Of a stretch of DNA of 64,000 nucleotides, positions 39,199-51,125 are shown piece after piece. The stretch comes from Macrostomum lignano. Its lineage: Eukaryota. The position numbers were made by a program, and so were the translations under genes. Under the pieces are notes generated by a model, which saw only the letters and a program-made list of their open reading frames with translations, ran no database searches and was not told the DNA's origin. Every line of letters starts with the position of its first letter. Position 1 is the first letter of the stretch. The stretch is from the NCBI GenBank assembly GCA_002269645.1, contig NIVC01003334.1:39669-103668 (forward strand). Reading direction: 5' to 3'.

Positions 39199-39211
39199 AC
39201 CGCTGCCACCA
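39199..39211 (-). promoter_or_regulatory. Primer binding site complementary to the tRNA-Leu 3' end
   Basis: The minus strand reads TGGTGGCAGCGGT 4 nt after the 5' LTR. This is complementary to the 3' end ACCGCTGCCACCA of animal tRNA-Leu(AAG/TAG). Confidence 0.8.
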
Positions 39212-39215
39212 ATTT

Positions 39216-40278
39216 TGTTGTAGGGTTATTTCCTGTTGACTGAAATCCTACCACTTAGCTATCAATTTGTCTTAGGGGGTGTCGGGGGTTATTGGGAATT
39301 TTCGGGGTTTTCTTAGAATTCAAGGGGGGACTGCGCAATTTATATTACTAACAGGAGTAAGCCATAGGTTGCTCCTGGTGGCATGGTGTGTCCAAGTGGC
39401 AAGACACTAATTTTTTTACTAAGTCCGGCTATTTTGGTGGGGGGGGGTTGATTAAGGGCTTCGCGGTGGACTTGAGTTGCCTGAGGAAATTAGTGCACTG
39501 GGGAACTCTAATATTCAGCAGGGAATGCCTGGCATCAAGGAGTATCCAGATAGGGAATTAAGAAGGCAATATGCTTGATCCGGGAATGAAGGAAGGCTAG
39601 AATTTTAGCCTTAGTAAGGAGGCAATATGCCTGATGTGGGAAGTAGATAGATAACTTAGGCAATGGGCCTAGTGGGATAAGGAGGCAGTATGCCTGATGT
39701 GGGAGTTAAAGCCAGGGCAAATAGGGAGCCTGGTTGGGGAGTTGGCTGATCGCTGGATCAAATTGAGGGGTCTGGGAGTAGGGAGAGGCTGTACGCCTAT
39801 TCGGCTTAGGATGAGAAGGGGGTTGCAATTCGCCAGAAAGGGATGGGGTTGTACGCTCTCGAGAGAGGAGTATAGGGGTAGAGGGGTGACTGTTTGCCTT
39901 TAAAGAACCAAGTCTGACTCAATAGCTATTTTTAGAACAAGGCGGCACTAAGGCCTAATAGCTAGAAGATGGTAAGTCAGATTGCCAGGATGCAGGCAAG
40001 TTGCTCCTCCATCCATATATTTAGCTTCTTTATATAGCAAAAATAATAAAAATGGCGGACAATTATAAACAAATATTACATCTCGAAATGGTTAGAAGAT
40101 TGTAAGTTAGCAAAAATAGGAACTTATTAGCGCAAATATATATATATTCAGCATGATACTATTATTAGAACTATTTTAAGAATATTTCAAACGTTAAAAA
40201 GGAGCTATAGAAGGAATAGGCAGAATATATAAACTTTATTGAGGCACACAGAACATACTAAACAAATCAACTGACTCA
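39216..40278 (-). repeat. 5' LTR (1063 bp)
   Basis: Direct repeat of 30806-31875, followed on the minus strand by the PBS and gag. Confidence 0.95.
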
Positions 40279-42200
40279 AATCATTTCCTGCAAATCCTGA
40301 GCATCTTTATGCCAACTGTTTCTTGCAGATACCCATGAACTTTGTAGCCTTTTAAAGGTTTAATCATTTTTTGCAAATAAATTTGTATGTATAGATGCAA
40401 TTCTAACCATTAAAGGTTAGTAGTATGGTTGGTTTTAGATTAGAACTAGCCAATTATCTCCCCTTTGGGGAATTCTATTTCTAAGACACTTCTAGGACTA
40501 AGAGTTGTAATTTTAAGCCCTAGGGTTTCAAGAAGCAATATAGTTTTATGAAGACAGATTTGCAAAAATCCTTGTAAGATATAACAGGTAATATTCTATT
40601 TATAAAAGCTTATTAGGAATAAAATGCTTAGGCAAAAGTAGACAGCAGTAGGATATATTTAGAAAATAGTGCAGATGTTCATACAATCCAAAAATTTATC
40701 TTCAAATGCATAATAATGATGCTTGCTCAACATTTTAGTCGGTACAGAAAAGCCTACCATGGCCCTAAAAACATAATAATAAAATTCATTTTTAAACATG
40801 TTCGTAAGACTAAGTAGTATTTCGTTAAGTGGTCAACAAATGCACAAATGTTCTCTTGAAAAGTGCAATGGTAAAATATTCTAATCATACTTCAGTAGTA
40901 GTAGGTATAGAAAGCATGACATTCAATGAGGACAAACTTTCCACATAGTTAAAAAGTTTTCTTTAACAAATGTCATTCATCTTTGGGGGGAAAATGCTAT
41001 TAATGCTATTAATCACAAAGTTGGTGAGCATAGACCGCCATCTTTATACACCACAAGCAATGTTGTCTAAGAGATAATTGGAAAAGTCCAATGGTATAGG
41101 CACTATTCAAATGGTTGACCCATGCCATCCTAGCCTATTAGAAAATGCTTCTATAAGAAAAATTAAAATAAAAGTTTTTAATGCAGCAAGAGTTCATTAA
41201 CACTTCCCATTTACAGCAATTCAAGCCATTGTCATTCACTTTTCAAAGGTTTAAATGCAATGTGTATGTAGACAGCCACTTGGTAGGCAATTTTTATATC
41301 AAAATCATTGTCCACATCCATTCTTAATTCTAATACATTTGCAGCTAGAAGTGCAATTCGGCCATCCTTGCACTGCCACTTTTTTGATAGAAAAGCTCTT
41401 CTTGCACTTTTGCCAAGTAAGTTGTTATACATTGGCCAAGCACCAAAAGTTTAATTTTGCCAGTGCCATCTCCTAGAACAATGGAAAATACCTTGCCATG
41501 AGAGTTGGGCCAGTTGAGCATCTGTAATGAAGGCAATGAGGGCAGCATATTAGTAGAGAACAAAAACAATAAGAATAAAAAATCTGACAACAATAATGAT
41601 ACAAATAATAATAGAACTAATAAACTAATATGGAAAGAAGAAATATAAAATGCATATAGTTATTTATTTGCTTATACCTATAAATAACTGGTGAAAACAA
41701 ATTAATTATACATTAACCACATTCTCTTTAGGTATATAAACTATATGCATGCAATATATTTTAAGATTTTAACACATATATATATATATCAATTGTGAGA
41801 AAGCTAATTAAAAAGTATAATAAAAATATAATATAAAAATATAAAAAGAAAATAAAAAGTCATTCAAATATTAAAATCTTCAATTTTTGTTTTTATTAGA
41901 AAGATTTAAAGAAATCTATAAAATCTTTTAAATTTATTTAATATTTACAATAATATAATAAATGTTTTAACATTTTTATTCTTAATACTATCATTCTTTA
42001 TCTTATTAAAATGATTTACTTAAAATTTAATTTTGAAAAATCTTATTTAATGAATTTATCATATTAGCTATACTATAAAATATGAACATTTTAACTCGTC
42101 AGTATTTAACAATCTAAATTTAAATTAATATATAATTAAACTCAACAGTGCTATCTATAGTATAAGGTAGGCCTATTTAATTTTAGATAGGCTATAAGCC

Positions 42201-42476
42201 CAGTGGCAGATCTAGAGTTTCATTCTGGGGGGGGTGGTCCAAGTTGGGGGTGCCAACATGAGTGTAAAAAGTGCCAATTTTTAAACAAGGGGGCATAAAA
42301 ATCCATATAGAGGGCAAAAAATCAAGCTTAGGGATGCAAAAAGGCATTTGGGGGCAAAAAATCACGTTTCAAAGGCACAAATTTAGGCTTTTGGGGGGCG
42401 CAATATGTTTGGTCAAGCTATTTTTGGAGGGGAAAAGGCAGTCTCCCCTTTTGCCCCCCCTCTAAATCTGCCCCTG
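42201..42476. mobile_element. hAT-like MITE, degenerate
   Basis: Termini CAGTGGCAGATCTAG / CTAAATCTGCCCCTG (13/15) with G-rich and C-rich subtermini. TSD is not clean. Confidence 0.6.
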
Positions 42477-42952
42477 GCTAACTAAGCCTAAGCTAAGGAA
42501 TCTATTTGAATAATTCCAATTTATTATTTAGGCACAAAAAGCAAACTTAAATAAACTTTTAAAACATTGACCATAAATTATAAAATGTAAAACATAGCTT
42601 TACTTATAAAAATAGGTTTGCCTAAGAGGCTAGACCCTACTCTATAAAACTTATTTCCATAAAAAATCTTTATTAGGCTCCTAAACTTATCAAAAGCCTA
42701 TCTTAAACTATTATATTCTCTATTCCTTATGCTTCAATGACAATGGCCAATGGTTGTTTGTTTTCAAGCTAAATTTTAAAAATAAAGCTTAAATATTAAA
42801 AATAAACACTATAAAAATCTAGCCTAGGCCTATAATGATCCTTTCAAAATTGCAATATCTTTCAAAAACCTCTTTTAAATTTTAATTAGAACAAGAATTA
42901 CACACTAATTTTTTATCAACCTTAACTTACATTGAAAAAGTCCTAACCTAAG

Positions 42953-43463
42953 CCCATAGTCAGGATCATGGCATGGGTACACTGGAATAAAAAGTTGGTA
43001 AAAAAAGTGGTACGCCATGTATGCCAAGATTGGAACCCAGTGGTATGCCAATGGACCAGGAAGGTAAAAGTGTATTAAAATGGAAGTTTAAAATAACATA
43101 AAAGTCAAACTTTAACAAAGTTTTCATTTGCATTGAAATTTCAATGACTTTAGCAAAAGAAAATTAGCACCAGAAAAAACATTTTTTCTTTCCTTTTCAC
43201 TAAAAAATCACAATAGTGCATATACAATTTTCAGTTTTTAAAAAGATATATTTTATGCATCAGGATTCAGGATATTGTGGGTGGGCAGGGCATCACCCCC
43301 ATGGTGACGTGGTGTACAATTGTGTGTCCTGGCATGCCATTGCACGCCGTCGCCATGGGGTACTTTCTCTAAGCCATGGTACGCCATGTATGCCAAAATT
43401 GGCCCAAAATTTCCCTGTGTATGCCGGAATTTTCCAGGTAAAATGCCATCTTCCTGACTATAG
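42953..43463. mobile_element. Putative MITE with CATAGTCAGGA-type termini
   Basis: CCCATAGTCAGGATCATGGCAT is mirrored by ATGCCATCTTCCTGACTATAG. Internal GGTACGCCATGTATGCCAA occurs twice. Confidence 0.5.
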
Positions 43464-45082
43464 ACCTGAGCTAGATTTAAAATTGGTATGAATGTTAGAA
43501 CACATTGCAGAAAAACATGTGTAGGCCCCTGGCTATATATATTAGTTTAATTTAAATAAAATAAACAATTTCTTTATTGTCAATGAAATTCAATATTGCA
43601 TAAAATAAAATATCAACAGGCCTAAACACTAAATAGCAAATGATTGACAAATAACTAATGGCATAACATAAGATAGCAGTTAGTAGGTCTGGTATAATAG
43701 GGGAAATAGACAAGATAATGCATAGCCATAGGCTAGACAATGGAATAAATGACCAATAACTCACAATTGTAATAAAAAGCTAGCTTATCCAAATTCCAAA
43801 GTAGTTTATTTATTCCTTATTTTTTTAATGGATTGAAAACAGGCAATAGACATTTTCAACTTGGCAATATGGCAAAAGAGCTGATGCTAGGCCTACTGCT
43901 AAGCCCTAATGCAAAAATGCAAGTGTTTAGTGATCAGTGATGAAAGCAAATAAAAAATCACATGGTCATCACATCACATGATGAAGAATCACATGGTTGC
44001 ATCTATTTCAATAACTATGCATGATAAAATTAATTTGTGCCCTTATGATGAACACAGAATTTTAAATGAGCTAGCTAACCTATTTTTAGTATTGAGCATT
44101 GTCATAGTTACTCTGAAGGGCAACTGAAGTATAATATGCATTTAAGTACAAACTAAAATTGTTTAGTACTTTGATTGTAACTAATGGAATTTTAGATAAA
44201 ATGTCAGAGTAGTTTACTTATAATTCCTAGTTATTTAACCTTTTTAAATTAACTGATGCCACTACACTACCACTGTCTCAATAGTGGTATTGTATTTTTA
44301 AGAACATATGAATTGCAGAATTTGCAGTACCATTAAGCATCCTAGATCCAAATTCTAGATGCCAAAAACTAGGATGCCAGCTGGAGTGGGTTAAATAGCT
44401 CTAAGTCTAATAAAATACTAACAAGTCTACCTAAACTTTACCACTACTATTCCTCTTTGACTACAGAAGTTGCAGAAGTCTGCAGACTTCATGTTTACTG
44501 ATTATTCAAAGTTGACAGTTAATAGAAGTATTTAAAATTCAATAATCCCCATAATGATTCTTGACACTTTAATAAAATGTAAACTAGTTCATAAAAAAAT
44601 ACAAAGTTACATTTAATGGCACCCAGCATGAAAAAGCTTGTTAATTCCATATTCAAGATGCCAACAATTAAAGTTGATGTGTCATGACAAATACTGACAC
44701 AGAAAGCCCAATGCCTGTAATTATTGCTGTTAATGATGCTTGTACATTGGTTAAAATATTTCCAGCTAAGCTGTGTACTAACCACAATCAACTTGCTTAA
44801 CTTTTAGTGCAGGCAGTAAATGTGCTAAATCATTTAACTATCTACCCCCTTTAAGAGTATTAAAAATCCATTCAGTTCCCTCTGATGATAAGTCGAAGTC
44901 GTAAAGGATGCTAATATTTGTCTAGGAAGTATTAAACTTTTGACCCTAAAAAGCTCTGTACTTTACTAAATGTTTTTAAATATGTATTTGTACTTTTACT
45001 GATAAATAAAAAACAAGCAATATTTATTTATAATTACTAGAGCAAAGTAATTAGTGTACTTTTAAGAAAATTAGCCCAAATA

Positions 45083-45487
45083 ATGGCCGAGAGCGAGTCA
45101 ATCACAGACGCTGGAGTTGACGATGATGAAGAGGACGCTGTCCCAGTTGGAGCCGCTCTGGGCAGGCGCGGACGCGGCGACCTGTTTAGCAAAGAGATCA
45201 AAATGATGCTGTACGGCTTTGGCGACGATGAGAATCCCTATAAGGAGACCGTGTCTCTTCTGGAAGAGCTGGCGGTGTCCTATATTTGCTCGGTGTCCCG
45301 CAGAGCAGCTGAAGTTGGCAAGTCTGGCCGTATCGGCGTCGAAGATATTGAATATGTTGTTCGCCGCGATCCAAAAAAGTACTCAAGAGTACGCGAACTG
45401 CTCACTATTAATGAGGTGTTGAAACGGGCCCGGAAGGCTTTTGATGATCCAGAATCAGCTGCTCAGGCTAACGAAACCAGCCAGTAG
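45083..45487 (+). CDS. TAF13: TFIID subunit 13 (TAF13), 134 aa, single coding exon
   Basis: LFSKEIKMMLYGFGDDENPYKETVSLLEEL..GRIGVEDIEYVVRRDPKKYSRVRELLTINEVLKRARKAFD matches the TAF13 histone-fold consensus. Confidence 0.95.
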   Translation: MAESESITDAGVDDDEEDAVPVGAALGRRGRGDLFSKEIKMMLYGFGDDENPYKETVSLLEELAVSYICSVSRRAAEVGKSGRIGVEDIEYVVRRDPKKYSRVRELLTINEVLKRARKAFDDPESAAQANETSQ

Positions 45488-45519
45488 CTTTAATGTGCAC
45501 TGTATGTGTGCCAGGCTGC

Positions 45520-45822
45520 TCAAGGCCATCCCCTATGTCAGAATACTTAAGGCCATGCCTAATGTCAGACTGCTCAAAGCCATCCACAATGTCAGACTAC
45601 TCAAAGCCATTCTTAATGTCAGACTACCCAAAGCCATCCCCAATGTCAAACTACTCAAGGCCATTATTAATGTCAGACTGCTCAATACCATTCTTAATGT
45701 CAGACTACCCAAAGCCATCCCCAATGTCAAACTACTCAAGGCCATTATTAATGTCAGACTGCTCAATACCATCCCCAATGTCAGACCACCCAAAGCCATC
45801 CCCAATGTCAGACTACTCAAAG
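45520..45822. repeat. 27-bp tandem repeat (CAAAGCCATCCCCAATGTCAGACTACT), about 11 copies, 3' of TAF13
   Basis: Directly visible. Confidence 0.92.
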
Positions 45823-46930
45823 TTATACCAATAAAAGCACAAAAATTGCCCGCAGACGAATTAACCGCCGAGATTTGCCCGCAATTATTTTTTTCTTGCA
45901 GCGCATTTAGCCACTGCAGATTTTGCCTGTATTGCCCTCCTGTATTGCATTTGTGAGTGCAGGCAAATACAGGCATTTGCAATGCAGGCAAAATATGCAG
46001 CATGGGTAAATGCGCCTCAGGAAAAAAGCATTGCGGGCAAATTTTGGCGGGAAATTCCTCTGCGGACTATTCTCATGGACCCAAAAATGTCTGTCAAACA
46101 CTCTTGGTTAATTATTGTTTCAAGTACTATCTGTGCACATTTGTTGTATGGTTAAATTTATATCATTTAAATGATTGCTCGATGCTGTGTGTTGTAGCAA
46201 TAACTCCATGTACAAAAACTTTATTTACGTATTAATAAAGCCTATCGATACTTTATTTAATTTCATCAAAGTTGGTTCGTTTTTGTTTACTTTATATATA
46301 GTGAGCCATTTTAATCAGGGACATAAAAAGAGACTCTAGGGACGCTAAAAAATTCAATTTGCACTACTGAAGACTACTGAGAGAAGTAGGCGAATAGAGA
46401 CTCGAATCGTAAAATCTCTTGGATGGCCCGAAAAATGTCGCCATAAAAGAAACGTCTGTGCACACTGAGAGTTGGTGGGAGAGGATGGTGTGTGTGTGTC
46501 TATGGCTAACTTTGTAATTTTGTACTCACATTTGTTGTCTCCTTACTACTTGTGAGTAGGCTGATAAGTATTTAGGTCAGTAAATTTTAGGTAAACAAGA
46601 TTAGCTCTGCAAAATCCCCAAAAATCTCGAAAACTTATTGCACCACCATTTCAGTATTCCGTCAGTGGCAACCAACATCTGTCGCATTGGCTCATTTTTT
46701 GTGTTTAAACAACTACGATTAAGTTGACTTTTATTACATTTAAATACGAAAATTATATTCTAGAATTTTTTTCTTACAATCTTCGCAACCTGAGACTCGT
46801 CGCTAACTTCCAACTGCCCGCGGTTTAAACAACAACAACAATATTAACAAAGACAATTGACACAAATTTTGAAAACAATAATTTATTTTCTTTAATAAAA
46901 AAACGAACGTTTTAACAAGCCGAAGCAGAA

Positions 46931-49132
46931 ATGTCTACTGAATCGCAAAAGCAGCAATCTGTTAGCCAGGGTAGAATCGATCAACTGCAGGGCACATTCG
47001 GCTTCATCAAATCCTATTCTCCAAGCGAGGGTAGACTATTTTTTCACTTCAAAGACTTGCCGCCTGAGCAGCCGCCTGACAGCTTGAAAATTGGCGACTC
47101 CGTTGAGTTTCGTATCCGGCGGGACCCCAGAGGGGGCAACAAGCGGGTTCAGGCGTACTGCGTCAGTAAGACTGGACAGAACACGGCCAACCAACAGCCA
47201 ATGCAGTCCCAGTCTAGTGTTAGTTCAACAGTGCTAGAGGGCACAGTTGTATCGCCTTGTAAGCCGGGCGAACCCGGCAAAATAGCGCACGTGTTTAATG
47301 GCGAATATTTCTTTTTGCCCTACACTAAAGAGTCCGTTCGGAATGGCGAGTCGCTCAATGCTGGCGAGTTGGTGTTCTTCCAGGTGAGAATGCGTTTGAT
47401 GCAAGATTTAGGCTTCACTTGGCGTTATCCATGAGTGTTATAGACGTTTTTGTTTAAGCTAGCCACCCCTAGATAAGAGCCACAGGCACCCCTAGATAAG
47501 AGTCACAACCAGCCATTCCTAGATAAGTCACAGCCAGCCACCCCTAGATAAGTCACAGCCAGCCACCCCTAGATAAGAGCCACAGTCAGCCCTAGATAAG
47601 AGTCACAGCCACCCGTAGATAAGAGTCACAGCCACCCCTAGATAAGATTCACAGCCGCCCCTAGATAAGAGCCACAGCCAGCCCTAGATAAGAGTCACAG
47701 CCACCCGTAGATAAGAGTCACAGCCACCCGTAGATAAGATTCACAGCCGCCCCTAGATAAGAGTCACAGCCACCCGTAGATAAGAGCCACAGCCAGCCCT
47801 AGATAAGAGTCACAGCCACCCGTAGATAAGAGTCACAGCCACCCCTAGATAAGAGTCACAGCCACCCGTAGATAAGAGTCACAGCCACCCCTAGATAAGA
47901 TTCACAGCCGCCCCTAAAGAAAGTCACACCAAGCCAGACATGCATCCCTCCGCTCCTCAGGTGGCCTCTGGTCCAGGGGACCCGGACAGCCACGCCAGCG
48001 CCTCCTGGGCCGTGAACGTGCATCGTCCTGCAGCCAGCAGGTGCCGCGGTATTGTGAGCTCCTTAAAAGACAACTACGGTTTCATAGAACGCGAGGATCG
48101 AGTCCAGGACGTGCATTTCCATTTCTCTGGCTGTCCGGAAGGCCGTCAGCCCCCACTGGGCGCCCCAGTTGAGTTCAGTCTGCAGCTGAGTCGCAGCGGC
48201 AGGGAGACGGCTACGGATATTGTGCTGCTACCAGCCGGTAGTGTCACCTTTGCCGATATTGACCAGCGAAGGCTTATTGGCACCCTGCTGCGGCTGCCGA
48301 CACACCAGCGGAAGGAGCCGCTTACTGGACAGGTAAAAGTGCGCAGAGACCTGCAGTGCTAGCTAGAATCGCCCCTGATCACATTGAGAATCGCCCCTGA
48401 TCACATTGAGAATCGCCCCTGATCACATTGAGAATCGCCCCTGATCACATTGAGAATCGCCCCTGATCACATTGAGAATCGCCCCTGCTCACATTGAGAA
48501 TCGCCCCCATCGACCAGGTGAGCTTCCAGTGCCCGGACACCGGCGCATTCGTCCAGCTGCCTTTCGGCTCGGCCGATCTGTCCAGCCGTTGCAGCCTTCG
48601 ACCGGGCGACCGGGTCGCCTTCAACGCTGCCACGGATCGTCGAGATCGCCTGCGTCGGGCCACCGCCATCGAGCTCGACCCCGTCGAGACGTTCGGCCAA
48701 AGCTACGACTCGGCCGCCGGCGTCAACTCACCGCAGAGGGAGCCGCGTCGCCAAGGCGTCGTGCACGTGTCTCCGTCGCCTAGCAACAAAGGCCTGCTGG
48801 TGTCCGACAGTCAGTCTTTTCAATTCGACGCCTGCGAACTCGTTGGCGACGATCTAGTTGGCAATGTTGGCGACCTGGTGCAGTTCTCGGTGTCCGACGG
48901 CGCCCCCGATGTGGCGGTCAGGCTGTGCCGACTCCCCGCCGAGGCTGCCGCCGCGTCCGCCGACCGGCTGACCCTCATGAGGCCCCAGCTGCTAACCGGC
49001 GTGCTGCACCAGGCCGACACCGAGCCCGGCATCATCATGTACAACTGCGCTGGCCGGGAGAAGCCCGTTTGCTGTCCGCTGACTCAGGTCTGTGTCTGTC
49101 TGTCTGTCCGTCTGTCTGTCTGTCTGACTGCC

Positions 49133-49199
<67 letters not shown>

Positions 49200-50001
49200 G
49201 ACTGCCCGTCTGTCTGTCTGTCTGTCTGTCTGTCTGACTGTCTGTCTGTCTGTCTAACTGCCCGTCTGTCTGTCTGACTGCCCGTCTGTCTGTCTGTCTG
49301 TCTGTCTGTCTGACTGTCTGTCTGTCTGTCTGACTGCCCGTCTGTCTGTCTGTCTGTCTGTCTAACTGCCCGTCTGTCTGTCTAACTGCCCGTCTGTCTG
49401 TCTAACTGCCCGTCTGTCTGTCTAACTGCCCGTCTATCTGTCTGACTGCCCGTCTGTCTGTCTGTCTGACTGCCCGTCTGTCTGTCTGTCTGACTGCCCG
49501 TCTCATCTCTCTATCTGTCTATCTATCTACCCACCCGCAAACCAATGACAGATCTCGGGCGGTGCCAGGAACGACCGGGTGCAGTTCCAGCTGCTGGAAT
49601 TCCCGGTCACCGGCGCCAGTCTGGCCTGCAATGTCCGCCTGATCGACAAGGCAGCCGACCAAGTCGCAGCCGTGGCTTCAAACTCGCAGCAGCCGCAGCA
49701 GCAGCCGCAGGCTTCGAAGCCGGCATCAAAGTCAAACTCGTCTGGATCTTCAGCCACTCAGCAGCAGCCGACCCAGCCGCTGCCGCCGCAGCCGCGGCCC
49801 GACAGACTTCGGCACCGATTGAAAACTCTGGTGGACGCCCAGGACGGGCCTCGCCTTGTGCTGATCAGGCAGCCTGCCCGGCCAGACGGCACAAAAGGAT
49901 TCGTCAACCGGCCCCGGCGGCAGACGCCCTCTGGACTTCAAACCGACTGCAGCGCCGGTGCCGCCCTGACTGTTGAAACTGCCGCTCTGACTGTCCAGTG
50001 A
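46931..50001 (+). CDS. CSDE1: Cold-shock domain protein E1 / UNR-like, 4 exons, 614 aa
   Basis: Exons 46931-47383, 47961-48332, 48518-49087 and 49552-50001, all phase 0 and GT-AG. CSD motifs GTFGFIK..RLFFHF and KDNYGFIER..VHFHFS, TDRRDRLRRATAIE, and a C-terminal SUZ-C RPDRLRHRLK..PRLVLIRQPARPDGTKGF. Confidence 0.9.
47460..47930. repeat. About 23-bp minisatellite (CACCCCTAGATAAGAGTCACAGC) filling CSDE1 intron 1
   Basis: About 20 variant units are visible. Confidence 0.93.
48366..48510. repeat. 22-bp tandem repeat (GAGAATCGCCCCTGATCACATT) filling CSDE1 intron 2
   Basis: About 6.5 copies, ending at the acceptor. Confidence 0.93.
49089..49501. repeat. (CTGT)n compound microsatellite with ACTGCCC interruptions, CSDE1 intron 3
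   Basis: Directly visible. Confidence 0.95.
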
Positions 50002-50086
50002 AGCTTCGCATATATCTGGGTCGTCTCGATCTGGCTCCTGTGCGGCCCCTTGTTAAGTATTTTTCCTGGGTTGAGCTGTCAGTCAC

Positions 50087-50250
50087 TCAGCAGCAGTGTG
50101 TGTGGTGTGTGGGGCTGCCTCCCCACTTCCCAGTCAGCAGCAGTGTGTGTGGTGTGTGGGGCTGCCTCTCCACTCCCCAGTCAGCAGCAGTGTGTGTGGT
50201 GTGTGGGGCTGCCTCTCCACTCCCCAGTCAGCAGCAGTGTGTGTGTGGTG
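50087..50250. repeat. 47-bp tandem repeat, about 3.5 copies, downstream of the CSDE1 stop
   Basis: Unit TCAGCAGCAGTGTGTGTGGTGTGTGGGGCTGCCTCTCCACTCCCCAG. Confidence 0.88.
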
Positions 50251-50762
50251 TGTCAGGTGTGGCCGCCACATGTCTAATAGCTGATTAAATATTTTGCCAC
50301 TAATTGTCAAAAACTTTAATTTAAATTGATTTGTAAAAGAAAAAGATTACCAAAAAGACAGCAGCTTGGTCCACCGGTGCTATTGTAATGAACTTGTATC
50401 AAACATAGAAGCACTGGTAGTGACTTTTAATTTCTTTAAAGCAACGTGTTTCTAAAGGCATGTAATTCACTCAATCGAGACCTTTATTAACATAATTTTG
50501 TTTAAAGCCTTTCTTGCATTGAACAGTCATTTTTGTCGGCTTAAAACGCTAGGCTCAGACAATATACGCAACCACATGGAATTTTGTTTAATTCAATAAT
50601 TGTTCTCGTTTAATTAATTTATAATATTGTGTACAATCTGTGTACTGTACAGTTTATAAAAGCGCCTAATTTTTCATTAAAGTTGAAACAGCAACCCTAA
50701 TACCAAAATTCAATGTACGTATATTTAATATTTTATTTTAATGGATCACTCAATTTAATGTT

Positions 50763-51125
50763 TTTTTTATTAGAGGCAGGGGGGTTGTGTGCACCCTGGC
50801 GCACTTTAAGCGACATAGGCACACAACCGGCGAGAGGCATTACTGCCCATTCTGCCGACTCCCCTGAGCAGGCATACAAGCGCGCGGATACGTACGCAGG
50901 CACACACTCACACAGGAGTGTACAGCGGCCCTAACTTTATATTATCGTTAGGCATGTACACTTCACTGCGCCTTGGGGGGTTGGCTCTCAAGGCCGTTAA
51001 TTGCACGAGCAGAGCCAAGCCGGGATTCCAATTCAGCCCCAAATTAATGTGACTGCACTTGGAATCGAGCCTGGGTCGCTGGCACACCAGAGCAGCTGCG
51101 CTACCGCTGGGCTACGGCCCCCCTG
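50763..51125 (-). mobile_element. tRNA-derived SINE, about 360 bp, with A-rich tail and 11-bp TSD
   Basis: Minus-strand head GGGGCCGTAGCCCAGCGGTAGCG (A box)..GGCTCGATTCC (B box) and tail TAATAAAAAAAA. TSD AATTTAATGTT at 50752-50762 and 51126-51136. Confidence 0.85.

Larger units (their letters stand above)
30806..40278 (-). mobile_element. Full-length, decayed Ty3/Gypsy LTR retrotransposon (9.47 kb) with an extra ORF
   Basis: Two LTRs of about 1.07 kb with TG..CA ends, a 4-bp TSD AATC (30802-30805 / 40279-40282), a PBS, and gag then PR-RT-RH-IN order. Confidence 0.96.

Noticed and set aside
45441-46003. LLKAIPNVR / SSLTLGMAL repeat ORFs, plus CLSV-type ORFs at 48925-49257 and 53064-53708
   Set aside because: They are translations of 27-bp and tetranucleotide repeats.
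51050-51125. Possible tRNA gene
   Set aside because: The acceptor stem does not pair, and it is followed by a SINE body, A-tail and TSD.
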